DNA of 64,000 nucleotides from an uncultured Rhodospirillaceae bacterium (GTDB taxonomy: Bacteria; Pseudomonadota; Alphaproteobacteria; MPNO01; UBA830): contig CAXBCP010000009.1 of NCBI GenBank assembly GCA_963974055.1, positions 74,006-138,005 on the forward strand, in the 5' to 3' direction. Both the position numbers and the translations under genes were made by a program. This document shows, piece by piece, positions 18,944-29,941 of the stretch (the first letter of the stretch is position 1; each line of letters begins with the position of its first letter). The notes under the pieces are model-generated. The model was not told the DNA's origin, ran no database searches, and saw only the letters and a program-made list of their open reading frames with translations.

Positions 18944-19255
18944 TCAAACCGGGTCCGGAACGAACGGCTTCACATCGACCTGATCGGCCTTATCGCGCAT
19001 GGTTGATGCGTCATACCAGGCCTGCATACGCAGCAGCGTATCCATGGACAGACCGAAGGCCTTTTCGAGCCGCAGGGCCATTTCCGGCGTCAGGCCCGCT
19101 TTCTCGTTCAGCAGGTCCGACACCGTTGCGCGGCGCACCCCGAGAATCCCGGCCGCGCGGCTGATGCTCAACCCCAGTTCTTCAATCACTTCTTCGCGGA
19201 TGAATTCACCCGGATGGCCGGGCTTCATCCCGACTTTGATTCCCTCGTTTTCCAT
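18944..19255 (-). CDS. higA: HigA family antitoxin (XRE-type HTH)
   Basis: The start at MENEGIKVGMKPGHPGEFIREEV is internal to listed ORF 18944..19345. It has an HTH (LSISRAAGILGVRRATVSDLLNEKAGLTPEMALRL). Its ATG overlaps the higB stop (TGATG). Confidence 0.8.
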   Translation of the reverse strand: MENEGIKVGMKPGHPGEFIREEVIEELGLSISRAAGILGVRRATVSDLLNEKAGLTPEMALRLEKAFGLSMDTLLRMQAWYDASTMRDKADQVDVKPFVPDPV

Positions 19256-19539
19256 CAGTGGTAATCCTCCAAATTCAGATGCTCCACGCTCACGCCATCG
19301 ATCTCGAAGGTGATGCGCCAATTGCCCGATGCACTGATGCTCCACGTCCCTGCCCGGTCGCCCGTCAGCTGATGAATGCGCCAGCCGGGGGGACCTTCTA
19401 CGCCCGCCATATTCTCGGCGGCGATCAGGGCTGTCAGAATTCGCCGCACCCGCCCGACCAGATCGCGACTGATTTCGCGGTCGTCATCATCTTCGATGAG
19501 GCGCCTTAGCCCCCTGTGGTCAATCGAACCAATCTGCAC
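19255..19539 (-). CDS. higB: HigB toxin (RelE/ParE superfamily, 'plasmid maintenance system killer')
   Basis: 94 aa with ...RLHQLTGDRAGTWSISASGNWRITFEIDG...EHLNLEDYH, typical of HigB. The toxin-first gene order matches higBA. Confidence 0.8.
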   Translation of the reverse strand: MQIGSIDHRGLRRLIEDDDDREISRDLVGRVRRILTALIAAENMAGVEGPPGWRIHQLTGDRAGTWSISASGNWRITFEIDGVSVEHLNLEDYH

Positions 19540-19709
19540 ATTTCAATGTGTACGGTTATACCGTACATACGTCAAGTCATCTCCTGATTTTTTCGATGGA
19601 GGTTCCATCGCCATGGCCACTGCAACCCGGCGAATGCGGGGCAGTCACGGTAGAGGAGAACCGACAGCAGACACACAAAGGCGGCCTGGCGTCCGGGCAC
19701 AGCCGAACG

Positions 19710-19790
19710 CCCCCACAAAAAAACCCGGCACAGGGCCGGGTTTCTTTTCGTCGGGTACGGGCGGCGGGTTATTCCACGAATTCCTCGACC
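19710..19790. repeat. direct repeat B: the authentic clpA 3' end (last codons and stop) plus the bidirectional terminator hairpin
   Basis: This is the partner of 18769-18849. The hairpin cccggc-acagg-gccggg is flanked by an A-run and a T-run. Confidence 0.8.
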
Positions 19791-22120
19791 CTGTCGCCGT
19801 CGCCGTCGGGGCCGTCGTCGTCGTCATCCGTGTCCGGATCCTTCGACTTGCCTTTCGGCGGCGCCGCGAGGGTGACGAGGGTGAGGGTGTCGTCGGCCTT
19901 TTTGACGTCGACCTGGACCACGCCGCCCTTGGCGAGCTTGCCGAACAGGATCTCGTCGGCCAGCGGCTTCTTGAGATGTTCCTGGATGACCCGCGACAGC
20001 GGCCGCGCGCCGTAGGCGATGTCGTAGCCCTTGCGGCACAGCCAGTCGCGGGCCGCGTCGGTCAGCTCGAAGGTCACGTTGCGGTCTTCGAGCTGGGCTT
20101 CGAGCTGCATGATGAACTTGTCGACGACCAGCAGCACCACTTCCTGCGGCAGGCTGGCGAACGGGATGATCGAATCCAGCCGGTTGCGGAATTCCGGGGT
20201 GAACATGCGCTTGATCGCCTCCTCGTCCTCGCCCGTGCGTTCGGCGCGTTCGAACCCGATGGCCGGCTTGGCCATCTCGGCGGCGCCCGCATTGGTGGTC
20301 ATGATCAGGATCACGTTGCGGAAATCGACGCTCTTGCCGTTATGGTCGGTCAGCCTGCCGTGATCCATGATCTGCAGCAGGATGTTGAACACGTCCGGAT
20401 GGGCCTTTTCGATCTCGTCGAGCAGCAGCACCGAATGGGGATGCTGGTCGACCGCGTCGGTCAGCAGGCCGCCCTGGTCGAAGCCGACATAGCCCGGCGG
20501 CGCGCCGATCAGGCGGGACACCGAATGGCGTTCCATGTATTCCGACATGTCGAACCGCGTCAGCTCGACGCCGAGCGTGTGGGCGAGCTGGCGCGCGACC
20601 TCGGTCTTGCCGACGCCGGTCGGGCCGGAGAACAGGTAGCTGCCGATCGGCTTGTCGGGTTCGCGCAGGCCGGCACGCGCCAGCTTGATCGCCGATGCCA
20701 GGGCGTCGATGGCGCTGTCCTGGCCGAACACCACGCGTTTCAGGTCGGCATCCAGCGTCTGCATCGATTCCTTGTCGGAACGCGACACGCTTTTCGGGGG
20801 GATGCGCGCGATCTTGGCGACCACGGCCTCGACGTCCTTGACCGTGATCAGCTTCTTGCGCCGGCTTTCCGGCACCAGCATCTGGGCGGCGCCGACTTCG
20901 TCGATCACGTCGATCGCCTTGTCGGGCAGCTTGCGGTCGTTGATGTACTTGGCGGCCAGTTCCACGGCCGTGCGCAGCGCGGCGGCGGTGTAGCGCACCC
21001 GGTGATGCTTTTCGTAATAGGGTTTCAGCCCGCGCAGGATTTTCACCGTGTCCTCGACGCTCGGCTCCGGCACGTCGATCTTCTGGAACCGGCGTACCAG
21101 CGCGCGGTCCTTTTCGAAATACGACCGGTATTCCTTGTAGGTGGTCGAGCCGATGCATTTCAGCGTGCCGCCCTGGAGGGCCGGTTTCAGCAGGTTGGAC
21201 GCATCCATCGAGCCGCCGCTGGTCGCGCCGGCGCCGATGACGGTGTGGATTTCGTCGATGAACAGGACCGCGTCGTCATGCTGTTCGAGCTCGGACACGA
21301 CCGCTTTCAGGCGTTCCTCGAAATCGCCGCGATAGCGGGTCCCGGCGAGCAGCGCGCCCATGTCGAGCGAGAAGATGGTCGCGCCCTTGAGCACCTCCGG
21401 CACGTCGCCGTCGTGAATGCGCTTGGCCAGCCCTTCGGCGATGGCGGTCTTGCCGACGCCGGAATCGCCGACATAGAGCGGGTTGTTCTTGGTGCGGCGG
21501 CACAGCACCTGGATGGTGCGCTCGATCTCGGCGTCGCGGCCGATCAGCGGATCGATTTTGCCGTCGGCGGCTTTCTGGTTGAGATTGACGCAATAGGTGT
21601 CGAGCGCCTCGCCGGCGCTCTTGCCGTCCTCCTCGTCGCCCCCTTCTTCGTCGGTGCCGCGGACCGAGCGGTTTTCCGACCGGCCGGGGACCTTGGCGAT
21701 GCCGTGGCTGATATAGTTCACGGCGTCGAAACGGGACATGTCCTGTTCCTGGAGATAGTACACCGCGTGGCTTTCGCGCTCGGAGAACATGGCCACCAGC
21801 ACGTTCGCGCCGGTGACTTCCTGGCGCCCGGAGGACTGGACGTGAATGGCCGCCCGCTGCACGACGCGCTGGAAGCTCGCGGTCGGTTTCGGGTCTTCCT
21901 CGTCCTCGACCACCAGGTTGGACAGGTCCTCGTCGAGATAGCCTTTCAGGTCGTCCGAAAGCTTCTCGATATCGACGCCGCAGGCCTTGAGCACGGCGAT
22001 CGCGTCCTGGTCCTCGGTCAATGCCATCAGCAGATGTTCGAGCGTGGCATATTCGTGGTGACGGTCGTTCGCCTGCGACAAGGCGCGGTGCAGGCTTTTT
22101 TCAAGATTGCGTGAAAGCAT
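19769..22120 (-). CDS. clpA: ATP-dependent Clp protease ATP-binding subunit ClpA
   Basis: The start at [14 protein letters not shown] is internal to listed ORF 19769..22174. It has two AAA+ modules ([15 protein letters not shown] and [15 protein letters not shown]). Confidence 0.9.
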   Translation of the reverse strand: MLSRNLEKSLHRALSQANDRHHEYATLEHLLMALTEDQDAIAVLKACGVDIEKLSDDLKGYLDEDLSNLVVEDEEDPKPTASFQRVVQRAAIHVQSSGRQEVTGANVLVAMFSERESHAVYYLQEQDMSRFDAVNYISHGIAKVPGRSENRSVRGTDEEGGDEEDGKSAGEALDTYCVNLNQKAADGKIDPLIGRDAEIERTIQVLCRRTKNNPLYVGDSGVGKTAIAEGLAKRIHDGDVPEVLKGATIFSLDMGALLAGTRYRGDFEERLKAVVSELEQHDDAVLFIDEIHTVIGAGATSGGSMDASNLLKPALQGGTLKCIGSTTYKEYRSYFEKDRALVRRFQKIDVPEPSVEDTVKILRGLKPYYEKHHRVRYTAAALRTAVELAAKYINDRKLPDKAIDVIDEVGAAQMLVPESRRKKLITVKDVEAVVAKIARIPPKSVSRSDKESMQTLDADLKRVVFGQDSAIDALASAIKLARAGLREPDKPIGSYLFSGPTGVGKTEVARQLAHTLGVELTRFDMSEYMERHSVSRLIGAPPGYVGFDQGGLLTDAVDQHPHSVLLLDEIEKAHPDVFNILLQIMDHGRLTDHNGKSVDFRNVILIMTTNAGAAEMAKPAIGFERAERTGEDEEAIKRMFTPEFRNRLDSIIPFASLPQEVVLLVVDKFIMQLEAQLEDRNVTFELTDAARDWLCRKGYDIAYGARPLSRVIQEHLKKPLADEILFGKLAKGGVVQVDVKKADDTLTLVTLAAPPKGKSKDPDTDDDDDGPDGDGDRVEEFVE

Positions 22121-22124
22121 TCGG

Positions 22125-22511
22125 TCAGGCCTTTTCCAGTGTACATTGCAGCGGGTGCTGGTGCTGCTTGGCAAGGTCCATCACTTGCTGGACCTTGGTT
22201 TCCGCAACTTCGTAGGTAAAGACGCCGCAGACGCCGACGCCTTTCTGATGGACGTGCAGCATGATCTGCGTCGCCTCGTCCTGGGTTTTGCTGAAATAGC
22301 GTTCCAGCACCAGGATGACAAATTCCATCGGGGTATAGTCATCGTTGAGCATGATGACCTTGTACATCGCGGGTTTCTTGCTTTTGGGCTTGGTGCGGGT
22401 AACGACGCCGGTTTCCGAACCGCCGTTGCCGCCGCCGCCGTCTTCGTCGCCGCCCTTGCCGGGGATATCGTCGCCGTCACCGGCCATGCCGGGGGCCGTG
22501 TTGCGGGCCAT
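22125..22511 (-). CDS. clpS: ATP-dependent Clp protease adaptor ClpS with a Gly/Asp-rich N-terminal extension
   Basis: The core is [24 protein letters not shown]. The start is assigned at MARNTAPG (cat at 22509-22511), and the alternative upstream Met MMSRFAHI is possible. Confidence 0.8.
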   Translation of the reverse strand: MARNTAPGMAGDGDDIPGKGGDEDGGGGNGGSETGVVTRTKPKSKKPAMYKVIMLNDDYTPMEFVILVLERYFSKTQDEATQIMLHVHQKGVGVCGVFTYEVAETKVQQVMDLAKQHQHPLQCTLEKA

Positions 22512-22654
22512 ACGATTCCCGTATGCCGCCAATCCGGGGGCTTGCGGGTCTTCAATATGTGCAAATCTGCTCATCATTGCGCTGCCCGTATGGGACCACG
22601 CGGCGTTCCACAACGCAACCGTTCTGCGCAAAATTTTCACGATCGATATCATGG

Positions 22655-23365
22655 TTAAAACAGTCCCCTCGCCCCCACGAAGCCGTTTGCGCCGAGTTGA
22701 ATTTCGAATGTGCCGTCCGCCGGGTTGCGGTCGCCCTCGTGGCGGGTCGGATCGTCTTCGCGCTGATTGACCGGCCGGGCCGCGCGAAACTCGATGCCGG
22801 TACGGTCGCTGGCCTGCAGAACCGCGGGAAAGGCCAGTGTCCTGAAGCGCTCGGACGGGTACATCCAGGCATTGGCGTGGAACCGGCCGTCGATGCAGCC
22901 GGTCACCGCCCAGTAGAATTCGTTCGACGGCAGGCGCATGCCGACCGGCTTGAAGGATGCGAAACGGTCGCGCACGAGGGCGGCGCGCAGATCGGCCATC
23001 GCCTGGACGCTCATCACCGATTCGGCGCGTTCGCCCTGCCACGGCGACAGGAGATTGGGAAACCTGACGCCGCGGGTCAGGTCGCCCTTGCCGCGCGCCC
23101 AGGCCGACATCGCCGCGCCGCGCCCGTTGGGCAGCTCGCGCACGTCGTAGGAGCGGATCTGCTGGTCGTAGATGCCGTTATAGACGAAGCGCAACCGGGT
23201 CGATGCGCCCGGCCCGCAGGCATCCTTCAGGCTCTCGCCGCCGACATAGTCGAACCAGCCGACATTGCGCGATACCGGGTCGCCGGCCGGGCCGGCATAT
23301 TCGCACCCGGCGACCGCCAGGACGGTCAGCAAAGTCATCAAAATCGATATCGGCGTCCGCTTCAT
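22655..23365 (-). CDS. hypothetical lipoprotein
   Basis: Start at [21 protein letters not shown] (lipobox LAVAGC). No recognisable catalytic motif. Confidence 0.5.
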   Translation of the reverse strand: MKRTPISILMTLLTVLAVAGCEYAGPAGDPVSRNVGWFDYVGGESLKDACGPGASTRLRFVYNGIYDQQIRSYDVRELPNGRGAAMSAWARGKGDLTRGVRFPNLLSPWQGERAESVMSVQAMADLRAALVRDRFASFKPVGMRLPSNEFYWAVTGCIDGRFHANAWMYPSERFRTLAFPAVLQASDRTGIEFRAARPVNQREDDPTRHEGDRNPADGTFEIQLGANGFVGARGLF

Positions 23366-23667
23366 TTCGTGCTCCCGGGTATGGCCGGATGGCCGTCTCT
23401 GACCCGCTACTGTGGATGATTGCATATATATGGTGTTCAACATTTGTTAACCAAACCTTTAAACCGATAGTTCATATTGGACAGGAGTCGGCTGTTTGGT
23501 TAGGTTGATAGTGATATGGAATAACCGGGTCCGGCAGTCAATCGGGCCCTGAAAAGCGGAACGTTAAGGCTACCGGCACCGCCATCCGATATCCACAGAG
23601 GTATCCCGCGGCGCCGGTCGGGGCAGCCAGACAGGTCGCGTTTAACGAACTGGAAACGGGGGACTAC

Positions 23668-24873
23668 TTGTTTCGGCTGCTTGTTGTACTGGTTTTGGGA
23701 TTCACGGTATTCGCGTCGGGGATAACGCCCGCCTCGGCCCGCTATGCCTCCATCGTCGTCGAAGCGAAAACGGGACGTATTCTGCATTCGGTGAATGCCG
23801 ACACGAAAAACTACCCGGCATCCCTGACCAAGATCATGACCCTGTTCATGACCTTCGAAGCCCTCAAAAAAGGCACGCTGCGGCTGAAGCAGAAACTGCC
23901 GGTATCGCGCGTCGCCGAGGGCCGCTCGCCGTCCAAGCTGGGCCTCCGGCGCGGCGAAACCATCACCGTCGAGGATGCGATCAAGGCGCTGGTCACAAAA
24001 TCGGCCAACGACGTCGCCACGGTCCTCGCCGAAGCCATGGGCGGCACCGAGCGGAAATTCGCGGTCCTGATGACGAAACGCGCCCGCGCCCTCGGCATGA
24101 AGGACACCACGTTCAAGAACGCGTCGGGCCTGCCGAACCGGCGCCAGCTCAGCACCGCCAAGGACATGGCGATCCTCGCCCGCGCCGTGCTCTACGGCCA
24201 CCCGAAGATGTACCATCACTTTTCCCGCGAGAGCTTCACCTACAAGGGCCGGACCTACCGGTCCCACAACCGGCTGATGAAGCGCTACAAGGGCATGGAC
24301 GGCATCAAGACCGGCTATATCCGGGCCTCCGGCTTCAACCTCGTCGCCTCGGCCCGGCGCGGCGGAACGCGCGTGATCGCGGTCGTGTTCGGCGGCAAGA
24401 CCTCCAAGGCCCGCGACCGGCGCGTCGCGACGCTTCTCGATGACGGGTTTGCCGCGCTCAAGACCGTCGTTGCCGCGTCGGGCAAGCAGCGCAACCTGCC
24501 GGCCTCGCCGGTGCGGTCCAAATACAAGGCGGTCGGCAAGGCTAAGAACCCGAAGGTCGCCTCGCGGCGGCCGGTCGCCCCCCCGGCGGTCAACCCGGCA
24601 TCCGGCCAGATCCGCAGCTGGGCGATCCAGGTCGGGGCGTATAACCGCTATGCGCCGGCGCATCTGGCGGTCACCCGCGCCGCCCGGGCGGTGCCGAGCC
24701 TGCTCGGCAACCGGTTCCAGATCGTGCGCCAGAGAAGCAAGGTGCGCCGCGGCCTGCAGATATACAAGGCGCGGCTGCTGGTGCCGACGGAATCCAAGGC
24801 GCGCAATTCCTGCCGCGCGCTCAAACGGCGCAAGATCGACTGCATGGTCATCTGGATGGGCCCCCGCTCCTGA
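23668..24873 (+). CDS. D-alanyl-D-alanine carboxypeptidase (low-MW class A PBP5/6-type) with C-terminal SPOR domain
   Basis: It has a signal peptide and the SxxK (ASLTKIMT), SxN (SANDVA) and KTG motifs. The C-terminal ~80 aa (IQVGAYNRYAPAHLA...YKARLL) resemble a SPOR fold. Confidence 0.75.
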   Translation: MFRLLVVLVLGFTVFASGITPASARYASIVVEAKTGRILHSVNADTKNYPASLTKIMTLFMTFEALKKGTLRLKQKLPVSRVAEGRSPSKLGLRRGETITVEDAIKALVTKSANDVATVLAEAMGGTERKFAVLMTKRARALGMKDTTFKNASGLPNRRQLSTAKDMAILARAVLYGHPKMYHHFSRESFTYKGRTYRSHNRLMKRYKGMDGIKTGYIRASGFNLVASARRGGTRVIAVVFGGKTSKARDRRVATLLDDGFAALKTVVAASGKQRNLPASPVRSKYKAVGKAKNPKVASRRPVAPPAVNPASGQIRSWAIQVGAYNRYAPAHLAVTRAARAVPSLLGNRFQIVRQRSKVRRGLQIYKARLLVPTESKARNSCRALKRRKIDCMVIWMGPRS

Positions 24874-24906
24874 CGGCCCGGGCGCGGTCGCGCCCTCGAC
24901 CCGAAC

Positions 24907-25332
24907 CTAGACCGGACGCCCCGGGCGCATTCCCGCGAGAAAGCCTCTTTTGTGCCGCCGCCGCCAGTCGGCGAAGGACCACGGCCTGCCGTCCGGCCGG
25001 CACACCGCCGATCCGGTAAAGACGAACGCGTCCTCTCCCGAGACCAGGCGGACGGTCCGAAGACTGTATTCGGCGCCTTCGAAGGCAACCAGCCGCTCCA
25101 TCGCCCGGCGGGCGGCGGCGGCCGCGAACGTCACCCGGATGCCGGTCACGGATTCAGACGACGCCGGCACGATGACCGGATAAACCCGGCCCCGGACGCC
25201 GACCGCCTGCCAGCCGGCGAGCGTATCGGGGATTGCCGGCGCCCGGTCGCCGAGACGGCCGAGAACGGCCGCCCGCACGTCCGGGTCGATCAGCGTGCCG
25301 TAGAAAAAACAGGACCGATGCGCCGCGGCCAT
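24907..25332 (-). CDS. gamma-glutamylcyclotransferase-like (AIG2/GGCT fold) protein
   Basis: 141 aa with the N-terminal FFYGTLID motif. Confidence 0.55.
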   Translation of the reverse strand: MAAAHRSCFFYGTLIDPDVRAAVLGRLGDRAPAIPDTLAGWQAVGVRGRVYPVIVPASSESVTGIRVTFAAAAARRAMERLVAFEGAEYSLRTVRLVSGEDAFVFTGSAVCRPDGRPWSFADWRRRHKRGFLAGMRPGRPV

Positions 25333-25344
25333 CGGGACCGCCGG

Positions 25345-26733
25345 TCAGAAGCTCGGGGGTTCGATACCGCTGAGCCGGACCTGCTCGACAAGGGCGTCTT
25401 TCAGACGCTGCAGGCCGTCCGCGGTTTCCGCTTCGCAGCGGGCCACCAGCACGTCCTGGGTGTTCGACGAGCGCAACAGCCACCAGCCGTCATCGGTCAG
25501 CACCCGCACCCCGTCGATATCCGACACATTGGCGCCGGCGGCGGCAAGCCGGTCGCGGACTTCGTCGACGACGGCGAATTTCCGTTCCTCGGAACAGGGA
25601 AAACGCAGTTCCGGCGTATTCAGCGGCTGCGGCAGACGCCGGCGGATATCCGCGAGGCTGTCGTCGCGCTGCGACAGGCAGGCGAGCAGGCGGATCGCGG
25701 CATAAAGCGCGTCGTCATAGCCGAAATACCGGTCGGCAAAGAAAATGTGGCCGCTCATCTCGCCCGACAGCAGCGCGCCGGTTTCCGCCATCTTGGCCTT
25801 GATCAGGGAATGGCCCGTGCGCCACATCAGCGGCTTGCCGCCCATTTCCGCGATCTGGTCGAACAGGACCTGGCTTGCCTTTACGTCGGCGATAATGGTG
25901 GCGCCGGGATTCGCCGCCAGCACGTCGGCCGCCCAGACGACCATCAGCTGGTCGCCCCAGAGAATTTCGCCGTCGCCGTCGACAACGCCGATGCGGTCGC
26001 CGTCGCCGTCGAACGCGATCCCGAGATCGCATTTTTCCGCCAGCACGACATCGCGAAGCTGCTGCAGGTTTTCGACCACCGTCGGGTCCGGGTGATGGGC
26101 CGGAAACAGGCCGTCGATGCGTTCGTTCAGCAGAATATGCCGGCCCGGCAGGGCCGCCGCGACCTTGACCATCGCGTCGCCGGCGGAGCCGTTGCCCGCA
26201 TCCCAGGCGACCGTGAGCTCGCGGCCGCTCTGGTAGTCCTGGAGAATCCGCGCGACGTAGCGTTCCAGCATCGGATCCTGGCGATGGCTGCCGGTCCCGG
26301 TTTCGTAATCGGCGGCGGCGGCGATCGCGCCGAGCCCCTGGATATCGTCCCCGTAGAACGGCTTGGGACCCGCCATCATCTTGAAGCCGTTATATTCCGG
26401 CGGGTTGTGCGATCCGGAAACCATGACACCGCCCGCGGCATCGAGCACGTTCACGGCGAAATACAGCATCGGCGTCGGACCGAGCCCGACGCGGACGGCC
26501 TCCAGCCCGCAATCGGTCAGGCCGTCGACCACCGCCTGTTCCATTTCCGGCGAACTCAGCCGGCCGTCATAGCCGACGCAGACCGTCTTGCCGCCGCCCC
26601 GGACGATACCGGTGCCGAACGCCCGGCCGATGGCATAGGCGTCGTCGGCCGTCAGAGTCTCGTCGATAATCCCCCGGATATCGTATTCGCGGAGGATCGT
26701 CTTGTTGAAGACATGGGCCCCGCCCCGGCTCAT
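25345..26733 (-). CDS. phosphomannomutase/phosphoglucomutase
   Basis: The start at [10 protein letters not shown] is internal to listed ORF 25345..27378. It carries the active-site [11 protein letters not shown], the Mg-binding DGDGDR and the GEMSGH loop. Confidence 0.85.
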   Translation of the reverse strand: MSRGGAHVFNKTILREYDIRGIIDETLTADDAYAIGRAFGTGIVRGGGKTVCVGYDGRLSSPEMEQAVVDGLTDCGLEAVRVGLGPTPMLYFAVNVLDAAGGVMVSGSHNPPEYNGFKMMAGPKPFYGDDIQGLGAIAAAADYETGTGSHRQDPMLERYVARILQDYQSGRELTVAWDAGNGSAGDAMVKVAAALPGRHILLNERIDGLFPAHHPDPTVVENLQQLRDVVLAEKCDLGIAFDGDGDRIGVVDGDGEILWGDQLMVVWAADVLAANPGATIIADVKASQVLFDQIAEMGGKPLMWRTGHSLIKAKMAETGALLSGEMSGHIFFADRYFGYDDALYAAIRLLACLSQRDDSLADIRRRLPQPLNTPELRFPCSEERKFAVVDEVRDRLAAAGANVSDIDGVRVLTDDGWWLLRSSNTQDVLVARCEAETADGLQRLKDALVEQVRLSGIEPPSF

Positions 26734-28058
26734 CGTCCGTTCGCCGCCAGAACGGGGTCGCGCCCGACGCTGTAATAGTCGAAACCGGCTTTCACGATTT
26801 CGTCGGCCTTGTAGATATTGCGCAGGTCGATAATCAGCGGCGCCGACAGCAGTCCCTTCACCCGCCCGAGATCGAGCAGCCGGAATTCGTTCCACTCGGT
26901 CACGATCGCCAGCGCGTCGGCGCCTTCCATGGTCTCGTAGGCATTGGAGCAGAACACCACGCCGGGCATCATTTCCGCCGCTTCCTTCATGCCCTGCGGA
27001 TCGAAGGCGCGGATCGTCGCGCCGTGTTTCTGCAGTTCGGGCACGATGGCGAGGCTCGGGCTGTCGCGCATGTCGTCGGTATTCGGCTTGAAGGTCAGGC
27101 CGAGAACGGCGACGGTTTTCCCATCGACCGACCCGCCGCAGGCGGCCACGATCTTGTCGGCCATCTGGCGCTTGCGGTCCTCGTTCACTTTCACGACCGC
27201 TTCGATGATGTGCAGCGGCGCCCCGTGATCCCGGGCGGTCTGAACGAGGGCCAGCGTGTCCTTGGGGAAGCACGATCCGCCATAGCCCGGCCCGGCATGA
27301 AGAAACTTGCCGCCGATGCGCCCGTCGAGCCCGATGCCGCGCGCGACTTCCTGGACATTGGCGCCGACCTTTTCGCACAGATTGGCGACTTCGTTGATGA
27401 ACGTGATCTTCGCCGCCAGGAACGTGTTGGCGGCATACTTGATCAGTTCGGAGGTTTCGATCTTGGTATACAGGATCGGCGTTTCCATCAGGAACAGCGG
27501 CCGGTAAAGCTGGCGCAGCACCTCCGACGCCTTCTCGGCATCGGTGCCGATGACCACCCTGTCGGGACGCATGAAATCCTCGATCGCCGAGCCTTCGCGG
27601 AGAAATTCGGGGTTCGACGCCACATCGAACTTGTCCCCGGCGATGATGCCGCTGACGATCCGGTGGACCTCGCGCCCGGTGCCGACCGGCACGGTCGACT
27701 TGGTCACGATTACGGTATAGTCGTCGATCGCTTCGGCGATTTCGGCGGCGGCGGCGTAGACGTAGGACAGATCGGCATGGCCGTCGCCTTCGGTCGTCGG
27801 CGTGCCGACCGCGATAAACACCGCATCGGCGCCTTTGACCGCGGCGGCAAGATCGGTCGTGAAGGACAGCCGTCCGGCAGCGACGTTCTTGGCCACGAGC
27901 GCGTCGAGCCCGGGTTCGTAGATGGGCATGATGCCCTCAAGAAGGCGCTCGATCTTGCCGGCATCCTTGTCGACGCAGACAACGTCGGTTCCGAATTCCG
28001 AAAAACAGGCGCCGGAGACCAGGCCAACATAGCCGGTTCCGATCATTGCAACTCGCAT
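26730..28058 (-). CDS. ugd: UDP-glucose 6-dehydrogenase
   Basis: 442 aa with [19 protein letters not shown] at the N-terminus and a catalytic Cys region (GGSCFPKD). Its stop overlaps the pgm start (ATGA). Confidence 0.85.
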   Translation of the reverse strand: MRVAMIGTGYVGLVSGACFSEFGTDVVCVDKDAGKIERLLEGIMPIYEPGLDALVAKNVAAGRLSFTTDLAAAVKGADAVFIAVGTPTTEGDGHADLSYVYAAAAEIAEAIDDYTVIVTKSTVPVGTGREVHRIVSGIIAGDKFDVASNPEFLREGSAIEDFMRPDRVVIGTDAEKASEVLRQLYRPLFLMETPILYTKIETSELIKYAANTFLAAKITFINEVANLCEKVGANVQEVARGIGLDGRIGGKFLHAGPGYGGSCFPKDTLALVQTARDHGAPLHIIEAVVKVNEDRKRQMADKIVAACGGSVDGKTVAVLGLTFKPNTDDMRDSPSLAIVPELQKHGATIRAFDPQGMKEAAEMMPGVVFCSNAYETMEGADALAIVTEWNEFRLLDLGRVKGLLSAPLIIDLRNIYKADEIVKAGFDYYSVGRDPVLAANGR

Positions 28059-28071
28059 GATTTACTCCGAT

Positions 28072-28968
28072 TTAGCGGCGCTCGTCGGCCGCGTATTTTT
28101 GGATTACTGAATTGATCTGGTCGTGAAGCTCGGGGCGCGCAAGCGCGAAGGCGACGTTTGCCTCGAAAAAGCCGGCCTTGTCGCCGCAGTCGAAGCGCGT
28201 CCCCTCGAAACGGAGCCCGTGAAACGGCGCTTCGCCGATCATCCGGGCCATTGAATCGGTGAGCTGGATCTCGCCGCCGGCGCCTTTTTTCCGGTCGCCG
28301 AGATACCCGAAAACCTCGGGCAGCAGAATGTAGCGCCCGATAATGCTCAGGGTCGACGGCGCATCCGCGGGGTCGGGTTTTTCGACAAGGCCCCTGATCT
28401 CGGCCAGGCGCCCGTCGTCGGAAGCGACATCCAGGATACCATAACGGTTGGTATGTTCCCGCGGCACGTCCTGCACCGCGACGACATTGCCGCCGGTTTC
28501 GCCGAACACATCGACCATCTGCTTGAGGCACGGCGTGTCCGCCATGACCAGATCGTCCGCCAGCAAAACCGCGAACGGCTCGTCGCCGACCAGCCCGCGG
28601 GCGCACCAGACCGCATGTCCGAGACCCAGCGGGTCCTGCTGGCGCGTATAGGCGACGCGGCCGGGCTCCAATACCGGAATATCGATCGTGTGCAGTTCGG
28701 CGTCCTTGCCGCGTTCGCCCAGCACCTGGCGCAGTTCGAAACTGTGATCGAAAAAATCCTCGATGGCGGCCTTGCCGCGCCCGGTCACGAAGATGATTTC
28801 CTCAATCCCCGCTTCCAGCGCCTCCTCGACCGCGTACTGGATCAGCGGCTTGTCGACGACGGGCAGCATTTCCTTGGGCATCGCCTTGGTCACGGGCAGA
28901 AACCGCGTTCCCAGCCCCCCGACGGGGAAAACCGCTTTCCTTACTCTTTTGGCCAAAAAGAACTCCAT
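28072..28968 (-). CDS. galU: UTP--glucose-1-phosphate uridylyltransferase
   Basis: The start at MEFFLAKRVRKAVFPVGGLGTRFLP is internal to listed ORF 28072..29112, and carries the GalU signature. Confidence 0.85.
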   Translation of the reverse strand: MEFFLAKRVRKAVFPVGGLGTRFLPVTKAMPKEMLPVVDKPLIQYAVEEALEAGIEEIIFVTGRGKAAIEDFFDHSFELRQVLGERGKDAELHTIDIPVLEPGRVAYTRQQDPLGLGHAVWCARGLVGDEPFAVLLADDLVMADTPCLKQMVDVFGETGGNVVAVQDVPREHTNRYGILDVASDDGRLAEIRGLVEKPDPADAPSTLSIIGRYILLPEVFGYLGDRKKGAGGEIQLTDSMARMIGEAPFHGLRFEGTRFDCGDKAGFFEANVAFALARPELHDQINSVIQKYAADERR

Positions 28969-29206
28969 GTCTGGCACGTCCGTGCCGGTTACTGATACAA
29001 TTGTCGGACGAGCCGAAAGCCGCGCCGATTTGTGACATGCGGTCCCCGCCAATGCAAGTAGACGCAGGCCCCTGACGGCACGCAGTTTGCGGCGGAAATA
29101 TGACGAATCCACTTAGAATCCGGCGTTTTCTGCCTTACCGGCAGCGGCAATTCGGCGCAGCCCTGCGATGACGGTTGGAAATGGATTCGCGGAACCCGGC
29201 GGACAA

Positions 29207-29932
29207 TCAGGCGCCGGACAGCAAAACGTCCTTCGCCTGGTTGATCTTGGCCGCCAGATAGGTGGAGCCGCCCTTGTCCGGGTGGTTCGCCATCAGCAGT
29301 TTCCGGTGCGCTTCGCGAATTTCCGCGTCGGACGCGCCGGGCTTCAGTCCAAGCACTTCATAGGCCTCGTCGCGGGTCATCGTGCCGCCGCCGGCCGCCG
29401 CATTGCCGCCGCTCCTGCCGCCGTCGCCGGCGCCGGCGCCGGCGCCCGTGTCGCGCCATTCGCCGCCATGGACGCGGTCGAGATAGGATTCGAGCACCGT
29501 CGCCGATTGCGGGTCGTTGACACGGCATTCATGAAGCAGATCGACAAGTTCGGCGAGCGACAGTTCTTCGAGGTTTCGCCCCTCGAAGGTCCCGCGCAGG
29601 ACCGTACCCCGCAGCACGCCGCTGTCATGTTCCAGCGTCATCCGCAGGTACAGCGTCTCGATATCCGAATTCCGGCCCGGGCTCGGCCCCTTCAGATTGC
29701 GCATCGCCTGGGATATCGCGCGCCACCGGAGCAGGAGCGGCAGCAGGAGAACGACCCAGCCGAACGCCCCCATCCGGCCGCTGACCGCAAAGAAAATCAG
29801 TAGAATCGCCGCCACGACGCCGATGACGACGGCGACGATTCGCTGCACGTTCGCGGAATTCGTGCCGCGCAGCCCCCGCACCAGGAAATACAGACCGATA
29901 ACAAAGGCGAGACCGAGGATAAAATAAGGCAT
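29207..29932 (-). CDS. membrane protein with C-terminal J-domain (DnaJ-like, DjlA-type topology)
   Basis: 241 aa with two N-terminal transmembrane helices. The C-terminal J-domain reads [37 protein letters not shown] with the HPD motif. Confidence 0.65.
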   Translation of the reverse strand: MPYFILGLAFVIGLYFLVRGLRGTNSANVQRIVAVVIGVVAAILLIFFAVSGRMGAFGWVVLLLPLLLRWRAISQAMRNLKGPSPGRNSDIETLYLRMTLEHDSGVLRGTVLRGTFEGRNLEELSLAELVDLLHECRVNDPQSATVLESYLDRVHGGEWRDTGAGAGAGDGGRSGGNAAAGGGTMTRDEAYEVLGLKPGASDAEIREAHRKLLMANHPDKGGSTYLAAKINQAKDVLLSGA

Positions 29933-29941
29933 TTTCGGGCG

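Noticed and set aside
19376-22114. 912-aa plus-strand ORF antisense to clpA, together with the similar long antisense ORFs 12334..13842 -, 32578..34680 -, 8426..9655 -, 35290..36918 - and 61616..63358 +
   Set aside because: Their composition is dominated by R/G/A/P/D runs and has no motifs. They lie opposite well-supported genes, so they are GC-skew artefacts. Only the 3' end of 61616..63358 contains a real gene, the VOC-family protein.
23444-23667. Possible CtrA-type site (TTAACCAAACCTTTAA) and imperfect inverted repeat ttaaccaaac / gtttggttag upstream of the SPOR-domain DD-carboxypeptidase
   Set aside because: The spacing is TTAA-N8-TTAA rather than the canonical N7. It is a single occurrence with weak support, so it was not reported as a finding.
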